Assembly: GCA_964016885.1 (NCBI GenBank)
Contig: OZ024741.1
Span: forward strand, 77,190,001 to 77,254,000
Direction of reading: 5' to 3'
Length of the DNA stretch: 64,000 nucleotides
Source: Eledone cirrhosa
Lineage: Eukaryota
Position 1 is the first letter of the stretch, and each line of letters opens with the position of its first letter. The translations under genes were made by a program, and so were the position numbers. Below, in pieces: positions 1-12,653 of this stretch. Under the pieces are notes generated by a model. It was not told the origin of the DNA. It did no database searches and was given only the letters and a program-made list of their open reading frames with translations.

Positions 1-985
1 CTTTTTCTGTGTTTTCCATTTCAGCAGTAAATGGGACTTCTGAAATTTGTAGTCCATTACTGTATCTTTGTGCATCTTTTGTAATGGAATATGATCTTTT
101 GATGCTTTCGTGTTTCAAAACGAGTTTGATCATCCAATCATGTGATTCCCTTAGATATGTAGATAATCCAATTGTTGCAGTTTTCAACGCAATGTCTAAC
201 TGGATTAACCCACGTCCTCCTTCTTTCCTAGGGAGATATATTCTATCTATACCTGCCTTAGGGTGATGCATTCTGTGCATGGTTAAGAATTTTCGAATTT
301 TTGTATCGAGCCTACGGATCTCTGTGCTTGACCAGTTGATGACATTGTAACTGTAGGTTACTACTGGTATGGCAAACGTGTTTATGGCATCGATCCTATT
401 CCTTGCATTCAATTCCGTTCTTAAGATTGCTCTTACTCTGCGGTAACATTCCTTCCTTATCCTTTCCCTCATTGTCGAGTGCTTGATTCCGTCTCCTTCA
501 CAAACACCTAGATATTTGTAAGTTTTTTCTTGATCAAGTTCTCTTATCACGTTCCCCCGATCAAGATTAATGTCTGAACTCTTCAGCAGCTTTCCTCTGG
601 TGAACTTTGCTTTGGCGCATTTATCTAGTCCAAACTCCATTTTAATGTCATCACTGAACTGCTCCACAGTGGATAATAGCCCTTGCAATTGTTCATCATT
701 TTTTGCAAATAGTTTCAGGTCATCCATGTAGAACAAGTGATTAATGGTTTTCTCATAGACTTTATATCCATGTTTTCTTTCATTGAGCATTTTACTTAAT
801 GGTATAAGTGCGATGCAGAATAAAAGCGGTGATAAAGAGTCACCCTGAAAAATTCCACTATTAATATTAACTTCTCCAGCTTCCAGTGATTTTGTTTCAC
901 TATTCAAAAGGAGTGTCGTTTTCCATGTCTTCATACTGAATGACAAAAACCTCCTGACAACGGGGGATATTTTGAAAATCTCTAA
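1..985 (-). mobile_element. R4/Dong-type non-LTR retrotransposon, family 1, copy C (5'-truncated, runs off the window start)
   Basis: Roughly 99% identical by eye to about 4057-5041 of copy A (RT region with IFQGDSLSP and YMDDLK), with several private substitutions. It abuts the (TAA)n tail of copy B at 986. Confidence 0.9.
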
Positions 986-1013
986 ATTATTATTATTATT
1001 ATTATTATTATTA
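986..1013 (-). repeat. (TAA)n tail/target tract between R4 copies B and C
   Basis: About 9 TTA units on the + strand, directly adjoining the 3'UTR end of copy B. Confidence 0.95.
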
Positions 1014-3076
1014 CAGTTGCATTTATCTTGCTTTATGTTCATACGAGTTATCACCAAGTCACAACCAGTGACCTCAAGAGACAACAAGGTCCGCCTTGTT
1101 CAAGAAAGAACATACATATTCACACATGCATCCTTAGTGTTTAGACTTGTGATGTACTTATATTGACAGGATCTTCCTTAGTATATGGGCAGTTCCCATT
1201 AGTACTATCTTTTGTATTTCTCCTATACGCGGGTTTCCTGGGATTTGCGATAAGTAATCATTAGACCCCTTAGGTATCATTCCCAGAGCGCCTACAACCA
1301 CTGGTATTGTTTTAGTTCTCAATTTCCACATTTTTCCAATTTCTATCTCCAGGTCCTTATACTTGCTCAATTTTTCAAATGTTTTTATAGATACATTCTT
1401 GTCTATTGGAACAGACATATCAATTAGCAGGCATACCCTCTTTTGAAAGTCCTTCAATATTATATCAGGTCTATTTGCATCTATTTTTCGGTCTGTTTGG
1501 ATGCTAAAGTTCCACAAGATTGAGATGTGATCTTTTTCAAGTATGGGAGGTGGTTGATGCTCCCACCAATTCTTTTGATGGGGCAGGTCAAAATGCTTAC
1601 ACATTATCCAATGTATGTATTGTGCAGCTCTGTCATGCCTGTTTAGGTATTCGGTTGGAGCTATAGGACTGCACATTGAAATTATATGGTCAATGGTCTC
1701 TGGTTGTTTTTGGCATACACGGCATAATGGGCTGCACCCATTTTTTATTATGTTGGCTTGGTAATTTTTTGTTGGCAGACACTGATCTTGTGCTGATATA
1801 ATCAGTCCTTCAGTCTCTGATTTCAGTCCAGAGGATGCCAACCACTGATGGGTTAAAGTTTTGTCAACATCAGGATTGTTAGCTCGCTCTGGGTATTTTC
1901 CATACAGAGGCTTTTCTTGCCATTTCTTAGCCAGTTTCTGTAGCAGTTCTTTCTTTGCAGTTACTTTTACCTGCTTTGCTTTTTCTGTGTTTTCCATTTC
2001 AGCAGTAAATGGGACTTCTGAAATTTGTAGTCCATTACTGTATCTTTGTGCATCTTTTGTAATGGAATATGATCTTTTGATGCTTTCGTGTTTCAAAACG
2101 AGTTTGATCATCCAATCATGTGATTCCCTTAGATATGTAGATAATCCAATTGTTGCAGTTTTCAACGCAATGTCTAACTGGATTAATCCACGTCCTCTTC
2201 TTTCCTAGGGAGATATATTTTATCTATATCTGCCTTAGGGTGATGCATTCTGTGCATGGTTAAGAATTTTCGAATTTTTGTATCGAGCCTACGGATCTCT
2301 GTGCTTGACCAGTTGATGACATTGTAAATGTAGGTTACTACTGGTATGGCAAGCGTGTTTATGGCATCGATCCTATTCCTTGCATTCAATTCCGTTCTTA
2401 AGATTGCTCTTACTCTGCGGTAACATTCCTTCCTTATCCTTTCCCTCATTGTCGAGTGCTTGATTCCGTCTCCTTCACAAACACCTAGATATTTGTAAGT
2501 TTTTTCTTGATCAAGTTCTCTTATCACGTTCCCCCGATCAAGATTAATGTCTGAACTCTTCAGCAGCTTTCCTCTGGTGAACTTTGCTTTGGCGCATTTA
2601 TCTAGTCCAAACTCCATTTTAATGTCATCACTGAACTGCTCCACAGTGGATAATAGCCCTTGCAATTGTTCATCATTTTTTGCAAATAGTTTCAGGTCAT
2701 CCATGTAGAACAGGTGATTAATGGTTTTGTCATAGACTTTATATCCATGTTTTCTTTCATTGAGCATTTTACTTAATGGTATAAGTGCGATGCAGAATAA
2801 AAGCGGTGATAAAGAGTCACCCTGAAAAATTCCACACTCAATATTAACTTCTCCAGCTTGCAGTGATTTTGTTTCACTATTCAAAAGGAGTGTCGTTTTC
2901 CATGTCTTCATACTGAATGACAAAAACCTCCTGACAACGGGGGATATTTTGAAAATCTCTAAACATTTTTCAATCCAACTGTGTGGCAAACTATCGAATG
3001 CTTTTTTATAATCTATCCAAGCAATCGATAGATTTTTGTGTCTATTATGACAATCTTCCAGTATCATTTTGTTAAC
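1014..3076 (-). mobile_element. R4/Dong-type non-LTR retrotransposon, family 1, copy B (5'-truncated inside the RT)
   Basis: ORFs 2183-3076 (RT: WIDYKKAFDS, IFQGDSLSP, YMDDLKL) and 1158-2165 (CRVC..ETIDHIISMC zinc motif, RHD, NRPDII..IDMSVP..KY RLE endonuclease) are split by a 1-nt deletion near 2195. The 3'UTR is 1014-1157. Confidence 0.92.
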
Positions 3077-6000
3077 ATTATTATTATTACAGTTGCATTT
3101 ATCTTGCTTTATGTTCATACGAGTTATCACCAAGTCACAACCAGTGACCTCAAGAGACAACAAGGTCCGCCATGTTCAAGAAAGAACATACATATTCACA
3201 CATGCATCTTTCGTGTTTAGACTTGTGATGTACTTATATTGACAGAATCTTCCTTAGTATATGGGCAGTTCCCATTAGTACTATCTTTTGTATTTCTCCT
3301 ATACGCGGGTTTCCTGGGATTTGCGATAAGTAGTCATTAGACCCCTTAGGTATCATTCCCAGAGTGCCTACAACCACTGGTATTGTTTTAGTTCTCAATT
3401 TCCACATTTTTCCAATTTCTATCTCCAGGTCCTTATACTTGCTCAATTTTTCAAATGTTTTTATAGATACATTCTTGTCTATTGGAACAGACATATCAAT
3501 CTGCAGGCATACCCTCTTTTGAAAGTCCTTCAATATTATATCAGGTCTATTTGCATCTATTTTTCGGTCTGTTTGGATGCTAAAGTTCCACAAGATTGAG
3601 ATGTGATCTTTTTCAAGTATGGGAGGTGGTTGATGCTCCCACCAATTCTTTTGATGGGGCAGGTCAAAATGCTTACACATTATCCAATGTATGTATTGTG
3701 CAGCTCTGTCATGCCTGTTTAGGTATTCGGTTGGAGCTATAGGACTGCACATTGAAATTATATGGTCAATGGTCTCTGGTTGTTTTTGGCATACACGGCA
3801 TAATGGGCTGCATCCATTTTTTTATTATGTTGGCTTGGTAATTTTTTGTTGGCAGACACTGATCTTGTGCCGATATAATCAGTCCTTCAGTCTCCGATTT
3901 CAGTCCAGAGGATGCCAACCACTGATGGGTTAAAGTTTTGTCAACATCAGGATTGTTAGCTCGCTCTGGGTATTTTCCATACAGAGGCTTTTCTTGCCAT
4001 TTCTTAGCCAGTTTCTGTAGCAGTTCTTTCTTTGCAGTTACTTTTACCTGCTTTGCTTTTTCTGTGTTTTCCATTTCAGCAGTAAATGGGACTTCTGAAA
4101 TTTGTAGTCCATTACTGTATCTTTGTGCATCTTTTGTAATGGAATATGATCTTTTGATGCTTTCGTGTTTCAAAACGAGTTTGATCATCCAATCATGTGA
4201 TTCCCTTAGATATGTAGATAATCCAATTGTTGCAGTTTTCAACGCAATGTCTAACTGGATTAACCCACGTCCTCCTTCTTTCCTAGGGAGATATATTCTA
4301 TCTATATCTGCCTTAGGGTGATGCATTCTGTGCATGGTTAAGAATTTTCGAATTTTTGTATCGAGCCTACGGATCTCTGTGCTTGACCAGTTGATGACAT
4401 TGTAAATGTAGGTTACTACTGGTATGGCAAGCGTGTTTATGGCATCGATCCTATTCCTTGCATTCAATTCCGTTCTTAAGATTGCTCTTACTCTGCGGTA
4501 ACATTCCTTCCTTATCCTTTCCCTCATTGTCGAGTGCTTGATTCCGTCTCCTTCACAAACACCTAGATATTTGTAAGTTTTTTCTTGATCAAGTTCTCTT
4601 ATCACGTTCCCCCGATCAAGATTAATGTCTGAACTCTTCAGCAGCTTTCCTCTGGTGAACTTTGCTTTGGCGCATTTATCTAGTCCAAACTCCATTTTAA
4701 TGTCATCACTGAACTGCTCCACAGTGGATAATAGCCCTTGCAATTGTTCATCATTTTTTGCAAATAGTTTCAGGTCATCCATGTAGAACAGGTGATTAAT
4801 GGTTTTGTCATAGACTTTATATCCATGTTTTCTTTCATTGAGCATTTTACTTAATGGTATAAGTGCGATGCAGAATAAAAGCGGTGATAAAGAGTCACCC
4901 TGAAAAATTCCACACTCAATATTAACTTCTCCAGCTTGCAGTGATTTTGTTTCACTATTCAAAAGGAGTGTCGTTTTCCATGTCTTCATACTGAATGACA
5001 AAAACCTCCTGACAACGGGGGATATTTTGAAAATCTCTAAACATTTTTCAATCCAACTGTGTGGCAAACTATCGAATGCTTTTTTATAATCTATCCAAGC
5101 AATCGATAGATTTTTGTGTCTATTATGACAATCTTCCAGTATCATTTTGTTAACCAGAAGCTGATCCTTACAGCCATATGAGCTTCGTTTACACCCTTTC
5201 TGCTCAATGGGAAATAGGTCATTTGTTATCAGGTGGTCATATGTGTATTCAGTTAGGACTGATGTTAAAATTTTATACATTGTGGTCAAGCAAGTTATCG
5301 GTCTGTAATTTTTGGGATTGTTTGTCTCATCATTCTTCGGAAGCAGGAATGTAATGCCGTTAACTAGCCATGATGGTATCTTTTCTGGCTCCTTAACTAT
5401 TTCATTGTAAAGTTGGGCTAACAGCTCATGAGACTCTGTGAAGGTATTTATCCAAAAGTTTTGTATTTTGTCTTTTCCTGGGGATTTCCATTTGCTGGTT
5501 TTTCTTAGAGCCAAGCGCAACTGTTCAACTGTTATATTTTCCCATATTTGTTCCTCAAGGTGAGCTGTATCTTTCATTTGTCTGTCTATCCATGGGGCAT
5601 GTATGTTATGAACTTTTTCTCCGGCCCAGATCTTTTCCCAGAATTCTTGCACTTCCTCCTTGGGTGGTATTGATTTAGCAGTTATTGTTGACTTGCCAAT
5701 TTTTCTGTAGAAGTTTCTTTGGTTGTTTTTGAACATATTATTGTCCTTATAGAATCTAGATCGTTTTTCAAAGCGCCTTATACGACACTTTTTGCTTGAT
5801 TATTTCTATCAGCATGTCTATGTCACATGTTGATTTTATACTGTACTTTTTTTTCAATTTTCTAAGTTTAGTTTGTTTAACATGTTCACCTACTTTATAG
5901 TTTGTTAAAATTTCTATGTCAGATCGGAGAAGGTTTATTTGGCGATTGATGTTCTCTTGCCAAGTAGATTTCTTGTGGGAATTCCTTTGTTTTTTCATCT

Positions 6001-7035
6001 TCACTCCACATAAGTGAGTGGTGACTTTAGCCGATGCATAATAGAGATGATTTAAATCAGTAATGTTTAGTTTGTTTGTGATGATAATGTTTTTGAGAAT
6101 TATGTTAGTCTTGTGTATTATCTTTTGGTTCTGTTTGGAGTTCTGGATCTTAGGGAGGGTGTCTCGTTGCCCCATGTCAGATTCTTTCATTTTCATCCAT
6201 TCGATCATAATTTCATCCTTCAAGTTGGCAAGTTCATTCTCATTCATTTCTTTATCATTTACGATCTCATTATTTTCATTTGGAGTTTCATCCTGAGCAT
6301 GCACTCCCTCCTCTTTTTCGATCCTTTCTTTAATTTGTTCTGTTGCCAGTGATTCCGCCCCAACCCTGGGGTTCGAAGTGTTACAGTTTACCTCGTTTTC
6401 ACTGACACATGTTTCATTTTCCCTTCGCTGACTTTGTGCTAATAGCTTGATCTGATCAATTTCTATATCAGTTAGTAACTTTTTTCTTACAATATTTCTT
6501 CGTATATTGGCTAGTTTGTTACTGTCAATATAGCCTCTGTTTTCGGGATGTTTCTTTTTCCAGTTGATATATGTCTGTTCTGTGTTCGATGTATTTGATG
6601 GGTAGTACATGGCAGTGTAGAAAGCCTCAAGGACTTCTTTATTATCTTCCCTTGACCATTTTTCTCTCTTTTTCTTTGGATTTCTTGGTGGTGAGCATGG
6701 AGGGCCAACAGTAGGAGTATTCCGGTTATGGGAGGTCTCCAGCTCCGAAGTGATGGGAAGGTTTGAACCATTAGCTGATTTTTCGACCCCAGTCTGGTTC
6801 CTCTCTGAGGGACGCGGCCCTTTTTTACCCGGGTGACGGCCGATCCGGTATGAGATTTTATCATTAGACATTTACTTTATTTTGTTGCGTTTTATCCTTA
6901 TCCGCCAAGGGGTAATCATTTCGTGTTACCACTTCTAGAACGAGTGTCAACCAAGACTAGAGGGGTCGTTCTCCCCTAGAGACACGGCTATTCCCCGTCG
7001 GCCGCCATCCCGGTATTTCTTGGTCACGGGGTTTT
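3077..7035 (-). mobile_element. R4/Dong-type non-LTR retrotransposon, family 1, copy A (apparently full length, about 3.95 kb)
   Basis: Single-ORF RT plus C-terminal RLE architecture, a GC-rich structured 5'UTR at about 6872-7035, 3'UTR at 3090-3233 and (TAA)4 tail at 3077-3089. The 5' boundary is approximate. Confidence 0.92.
3234..6871 (-). pseudogene. RT-RLE polyprotein of copy A, broken by two frameshifts
   Basis: Segments 5768-6871 (N-terminal, KWSREDNKEVLEAFY), 3766-5736 (RT: WKSPGKD, NYRPITCL, EQKGC, YMDD) and 3234-3752 (RLE). The frameshifts are a small deletion near 5785 and an extra T in a T-run near 3820 relative to copy B. Confidence 0.88.
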
Positions 7036-7111
7036 CTTTTTGTTGTTTTTTTAAATTGTTATTATCATGAGTGGTTCCTTAATGTGAGCATTGCGTGGCT
7101 TAAGAATGAAA

Positions 7112-7170
7112 TTATTAATAATTGTCTCCACTCCAGGCACAAGGCCAGCAATCACCCAGTGCATTGCAAT
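7112..7170 (-). mobile_element. SINE 3' tail fragment (same family as 46261-46458)
   Basis: The stretch aattgtctccactccaggcacaaggccagcaatcacccagtgcatt matches the tail of the SINE at 46275-46322. Confidence 0.7.
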
Positions 7171-8009
7171 AATATAATATACTTTTTGTTGTAGTTGGCT
7201 GTTATTGTTGTTGGCTATGTCGGTGGTGGTGCCGGAGCTTTTTATATTGTTGGTGAGGAAGGGGTGAGCCAGCAGTCCCATAGTTGTTGATGTTGACGTT
7301 TGGCCGGTGGCCAGGTCACTAAGTCAATCTATTTATATATTTTGCTAGCCTCTCCCTTGTCTAGTGATACCGCCACCTTCCCCTTTCTCTCTCAAGTTAA
7401 CAGGGGAATAGTGGTGGTAGCATTGAAGGAGTGGTGGCGGCGACGATGGGATAGTGGTAGCAATGATGGATGGGGTGGGGTGGTGGCAGCGGTGGCGTTG
7501 TGGTTACTGATATGTAATATCTATGAGTTTGTGTTCGTATGTTTAATATATATTTTTATTATATTTTTTGTTGACATATTCCCGTAAAATTGGAATTAAA
7601 CATTTTTTTTAAATTTGAGACAATAATAATAGTAAATATTATTATGATGCTGGTGAAATTGCCGTTATCTGGCTGTTATATTTAGTGTGATGGGATAGGT
7701 GGTGTATCAAGTTTCTGGTGTTGGTGAAATTGCTGTTATTTGGCTGTTCTATATAGTGTAGACAGAGGGTGTTTTTTTCCCATTTATAACCATTTTCTTT
7801 TTTTGAATACAAAATATATAATACAAAATTGAATATTTGAGCGATACAACAATATAATATGGATCCGAAACTTTATGGGACCTGATTCGGTGGTTTATGC
7901 AACATTTGTACTAAGAATTGTTATTTCACAATTGATTTAAATATGTTAAAAATCAAAAACTTACGGGAGCGATTTCATGACCTTCTACCACCTCGTGCGT
8001 CTTCTTCCC

Positions 8010-8132
<123 letters not shown>

Positions 8133-11100
8133 TTGTTCTTTGAGTCTCAGTCATTGATGTTAGTTAACTGGAAAGTTTGTTGAAATGAATATCAAGCCAC
8201 TACCTGCAGCCTCAGATATTCAGGACGTATCGGAGGGTTCTTGCTGTTCCCAGCAAGCATGCCTTTTGAAGTGTTCCAAAAAGTGGGGCGGGGCCAATTT
8301 TCTTTAACCATCCCTGGAAACTTTTTGGGATAGTAGTTAGTGCGCCTATGACAATCGCGACCACTTTGACTTCATGGCAGTTCCAAATCCTTTTTAACTC
8401 CCACTTTAAGTCCTGGTATCAGTTAATTTTCTCCCTCTCCTTCTCTTGCACTCTCGTGTAGAATGGGCAGGCCACATCCACAATCAGGCACGATCCTTTT
8501 TCCTTGTCCAAAACCACCAGGTCAGGCCTATTGTGTTCCAGTTTCTTGTCCGTTTGTATCCTAAAATCCCACAGCACCTTCACCTGATCGTTTTCTATCA
8601 CCGACTCTGGCTTATGCTCATACCACTTCTCAGAATGTGGTAAATTGTTTACTTTGCATAGGTGCTAGTGGATCACCCTGCCCATCACATCATGTCTCCA
8701 GCCTTTATAGTGAGTCTGGGCTAGGTGTTTACACTCGGATACAATGTGAGCCACATCTCTTCTCTCTCTCCACAGATCCTGCACAGTGGGCTAGCCTCCT
8801 CCTTGTAAATATGGTGTTTCAGCCACTTCGTTTTGAGGGCCTGCTCTTGCGCAGCCATTAGCATTCCTTCTGTAGCCTTTTTAAGGTCTCCTCTTTTCAA
8901 CCAGTTCCATGTCTGTGGATCTCTGAATTCAGTTTTCTCAAAGAAGGTACTATGAAGGGATTTTTCATGAAGGCTTCTCTTTCTCCTTGTTGTTATTTCC
9001 TCCTTGGACATCCCCTGGTCTATTGTCCTCTCCTTCAGTACAATTCTGAGCATTGGCTCCTTACTATCAGTCACGTATTTGTGTAGGTTGTTTTTCTCCA
9101 TCTGAACATAGTCCTCTATGCTGATAAGACCTCTTCCACCTTCAGATCTCCTTAAGTAGAGTCTATCGACATCACTCCTCTTGTGGAACATGTTGTAGAT
9201 AGTCAATAGCTTCCTAGTCTTCCTATCCATTTCTTTTTGTTCAGCAACATTCCATCTCAGAATTTCCGCACTGTACCTAATAATAGACACAGCTCGGGAA
9301 TTTACTGCACTTATGGCATTCCTACTGTTCAGATGTGACTTTAATACGCTCCTTACTCTCCGAATGTATTCAGATCTTATCAATTCCTTCATTTTTTTTG
9401 TTCTTGATGTCATCAGCCTCCAGAACACCCAAATACTTGTATCCTTCTTCAGTGTCAATTTCCTTTATCATCTCACCTGTTGGTACCTGGATTCCGTTGC
9501 TTCTGCTCAATTTATCCCTCTTCATCACAAGGACTCCACACTTACTAATACCAAATTGCATACATATATCATTGCTGAAAATACGGACAGTGTCAACAAG
9601 CACATCCAACTCCTTCTCACTCTTCCCGAAGAGCTTAAGATCGTCCACGAAGAGGAGGTGATTGATGGTAAGCTCTCCCTTTCCCAACTTGTATCCTGCT
9701 CTCACTTTTTGCAGTATAATGGTCAGAGGCATCAGGGCAAGGACAAACAACAGAGGGGACAGACTATCTCTCTAGAAGATATCTCTCTTGATCTTCACGC
9801 CTCCCAATGATTCTCCAGCTGATGTCAACTCTGTTTTCCAGGACTTCATACTTTTGCTCAACAACTGTCTGATGTTATCTGCCACCTTGAAGATCTTTAG
9901 GCTTTTGGTGATCCAAGAATGAGGCACAATGTCAAATGCCTTTTTGTAGTTTATCCATCCCATGGCAAGACCAGTGTGTCTCCTCTTGCAATTCCTCATT
10001 ACTATCTTATCAATAAGTAACTGGTCCTTTGTACCACGGGACTTCTTTCGGTATCCTTTCTGTTCGTCCGGTAACAAGTTGTTTGTGTGGAGGTGATGGT
10101 AGATTTCCTCAGACACAATGCTTGTCAACAGTTTCCACATGCCGGACAGACATGTGATAGGTCTATAGTTGGTAACATCATTACCCTTGATTCGGTCTTT
10201 CATTACCAGAACTGTGGTACCTTTTGTCAACCACTCTGGTACCTCACCTGACATCAAGCAGTCATTGAACATGGTTGTCAGTTTCGGGTGGAGGGATGTT
10301 ATATTTTTAATCCAATACTCCTGCACACCATCTGGGCCTGGTGATTTCCAGTTGGTTAGTTTTTTGGCCTGCCCCTTAAGAGTTTCAACTGTGATACTCA
10401 AATCAGTTTGTTGGTGTGCCTGTTCACTAATCTCCTTTTGTACTGTCTCAATCCACACTGCCTGGTCATTATGTTTAACATCCTGCTCCCATATTCCTCT
10501 CCAGAATGTCTTAGTTTGTTCCGCCTCAGGGATCAAGTCGTTGCCTCTTTCTTTCCCTTCAAGCTGTCCAAAAAACATCTTCTGGTTGTTGTCAAACATG
10601 CGGTTCTGTCTATACTGACTGACTCTGCTCTCGTATCGCCTAATTTTTGCACTCTTTGCTACAGTGCGTTGCTTCAGTTCCTCTATGATAATATTTAGCT
10701 TTTTCCTCCTAGTTTTGTACTTTATTTCCAGTCTATTTTTAGTGTCTATATTTTTTAGTGTCCCATTCAGTAGGGACTCAAGCTTTCCAATGTCATTTCT
10801 CATTTCCCTGATTTGACCCTTCAATCGTTTCTTCCACCAAGGTTCTGATCTTTCTTGTTTGCTGTTTCCTCTCGCTTTTATGCCAAGTAATTTCCTCACC
10901 GCATTTGCTGTTGCTTTGCGGATATTGTTGCACTGGTGAAGTCTCCTCGCCTCAAGGTATGGGATGACTTTGTTTACCTTAGCTGTTGTTTCTTTTAACT
11001 TTTTCCTGTCTACAAATCTTAGGTTCATAGGTTTCCCACTATCATTGTTCATTTCATCTACCACTAAGTTTAGGATATCAACCAAATCTTGTCCTAGCCC

Positions 11101-11750
11101 GTCAGCATTCATCTCCTCAATGGCCGTATCTTTGTTCCAGTTATTATTTATTTCAGCATTCAGATCATTGTCTGCTTCGGATGGTTCCTCCGTTCTCTCA
11201 ACCTCTTCACCTTCATTTCCCACTGGCTCGTTTGCCTGGCATACTCCACTCTCCATTTCCAACCTAATCTCTCTGCTCAGTTCCTCTAGTTCCAGCTCGC
11301 TTATCCACCCATTAGTTCTTATTGCCCGAGCCTGCCCGGCCAATTTTTGTTCATCTAATTTAAATAGACCAATCTCGTTCCAGATGTTATGCATCCTTTT
11401 CCTATACCCTTTTTCCTTGGGGTTACTCTTCAGGTAACATTGCATAACAGTTCTATTCAATTCTTTCGTCCAGTTGGTTCTGGTCCCTTTCCTTCTTCTT
11501 CTTCCTCCGACACCAGCAGTATTTGGTTGACAGCCAGGTCCCTGCTGCTGAGCCAGGGAGCACCTGCTGAGAGTCTGTCACATGACATTCCAGTCTCCAC
11601 TTCACCGTTATTCGAACTGTTCGACATTTAAACATTTCGACATTTAAACTGTTCGACATTTAAACACTCTTATCGAGGATTGGTGAATGTATGGTTACAT
11701 AACCACCGGTGATTTCATCACCACCGGTGATTTGATCAGCCCCGGTGATT
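8133..11750 (-). mobile_element. R4/Dong-type non-LTR retrotransposon, family 2 (near full length, degenerate)
   Basis: Frameshifted ORF pieces: 9772-11460 (WKSPGPDG, NYRPITCL, WINYKKAFD), 9370-9750 (FVDDLKL, YKYLGV), 8721-9458 (GGRGL, CRICG) and 8419-8601 (WDFRIQTD..NRPDL..VDVACP). The reading ends ACLLGTARTLRYVLNI with the stop at 8212-8214. The 5' boundary is uncertain, with short 16-18 bp tandem repeats at 11615-11751. Confidence 0.88.
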
Positions 11751-12101
11751 TTAGCGTGGCACTATCACGCTGTAGACGAACATAAATAAACAAACAAACA
11801 AATAGGTAAAAACCCCCCAAATAAGCATAAGTTTCATTGTAATGTAATGTTTGAATGTCTGACTTAGTTTTTTTTGCTTGTCTGTCGGTGTGTTTGTTTT
11901 TCTTTTCTTTTTTCTTTTCTTTATGTTTTTCGTTGCTGCTGTGCTGTTTTGATTCTGATTTTTGATTTTTTGATTTTTTGACCGGGTCATCAAATCAGTC
12001 TATTTATATATTTTGATGCCTTCCTCATTTAGTTGGAATACTATGATACCTGGGGGCAGCCATCATGTGTATATATATATATGTATGTATATATATATAT
12101 A

Positions 12102-12653
12102 TTTAGCAGTATTAGTTATAGATGTTACCGCCACTTTAGCGGGGTGGTAGAATCAGTGGTCGTTAGTTGCCAGTGTGGTAAGTGATAGTATCCTCGTTGG
12201 ATTATCTTGTTGACATAGACGTGAGGTAAGGTCCCTCGATCTATTTACCATCTATTTACAATATTCCTTTCGTCAGGTCGCCAATTCCAGCAGCATGGAT
12301 TAAAGATGTCATTGAGACACGAGTAAAATAACAACGACTTCAACCGCAGTAATTAGAGATGCAATGTTTGTTTATTTATATGGTTGAAGTTACAGATAAA
12401 AAGAGGTTACAAAATGGAATGTGCCATTGCGCCGTTAAGCCGGCGAGACTAGGGTGCAATATCTCACTGTTACATTATGCGTGTTGCTGGCTTGAAGTTT
12501 CCGGTACAAGAGCGAGATTCTTCAAATCTTCGCGGTGAATTTCTTCCTCAGGGCGCGTAGGGATACATCCTCTTCTACTGGCGCTGATTGGCTGAACTGA
12601 GCCAAATCACGCACAGAGAATGTATGTGAGCCCGCGGAATGTAGGTCACTACA
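12102..12653 (-). repeat. 3' LTR
   Basis: Minus strand reads TGTAGTGACC...ACTGCTAAA and is preceded by the purine-rich TTGGAGGTGA (PPT-like, 12654-12663). Confidence 0.92.

Noticed and set aside
1861-4321. Plus-strand ORFs antisense to the R4 elements (and minus-strand ORFs over the Tx1 ORF2s)
   Set aside because: They are shadow ORFs, repeated only because the elements are repeated.
11660-11780. Possible HDV-like ribozyme at the 5' end of R4 family 2 (TCCTCG on the minus strand)
   Set aside because: The P1/P2/P3 pairings could not be built, and the region is short tandem repeats.
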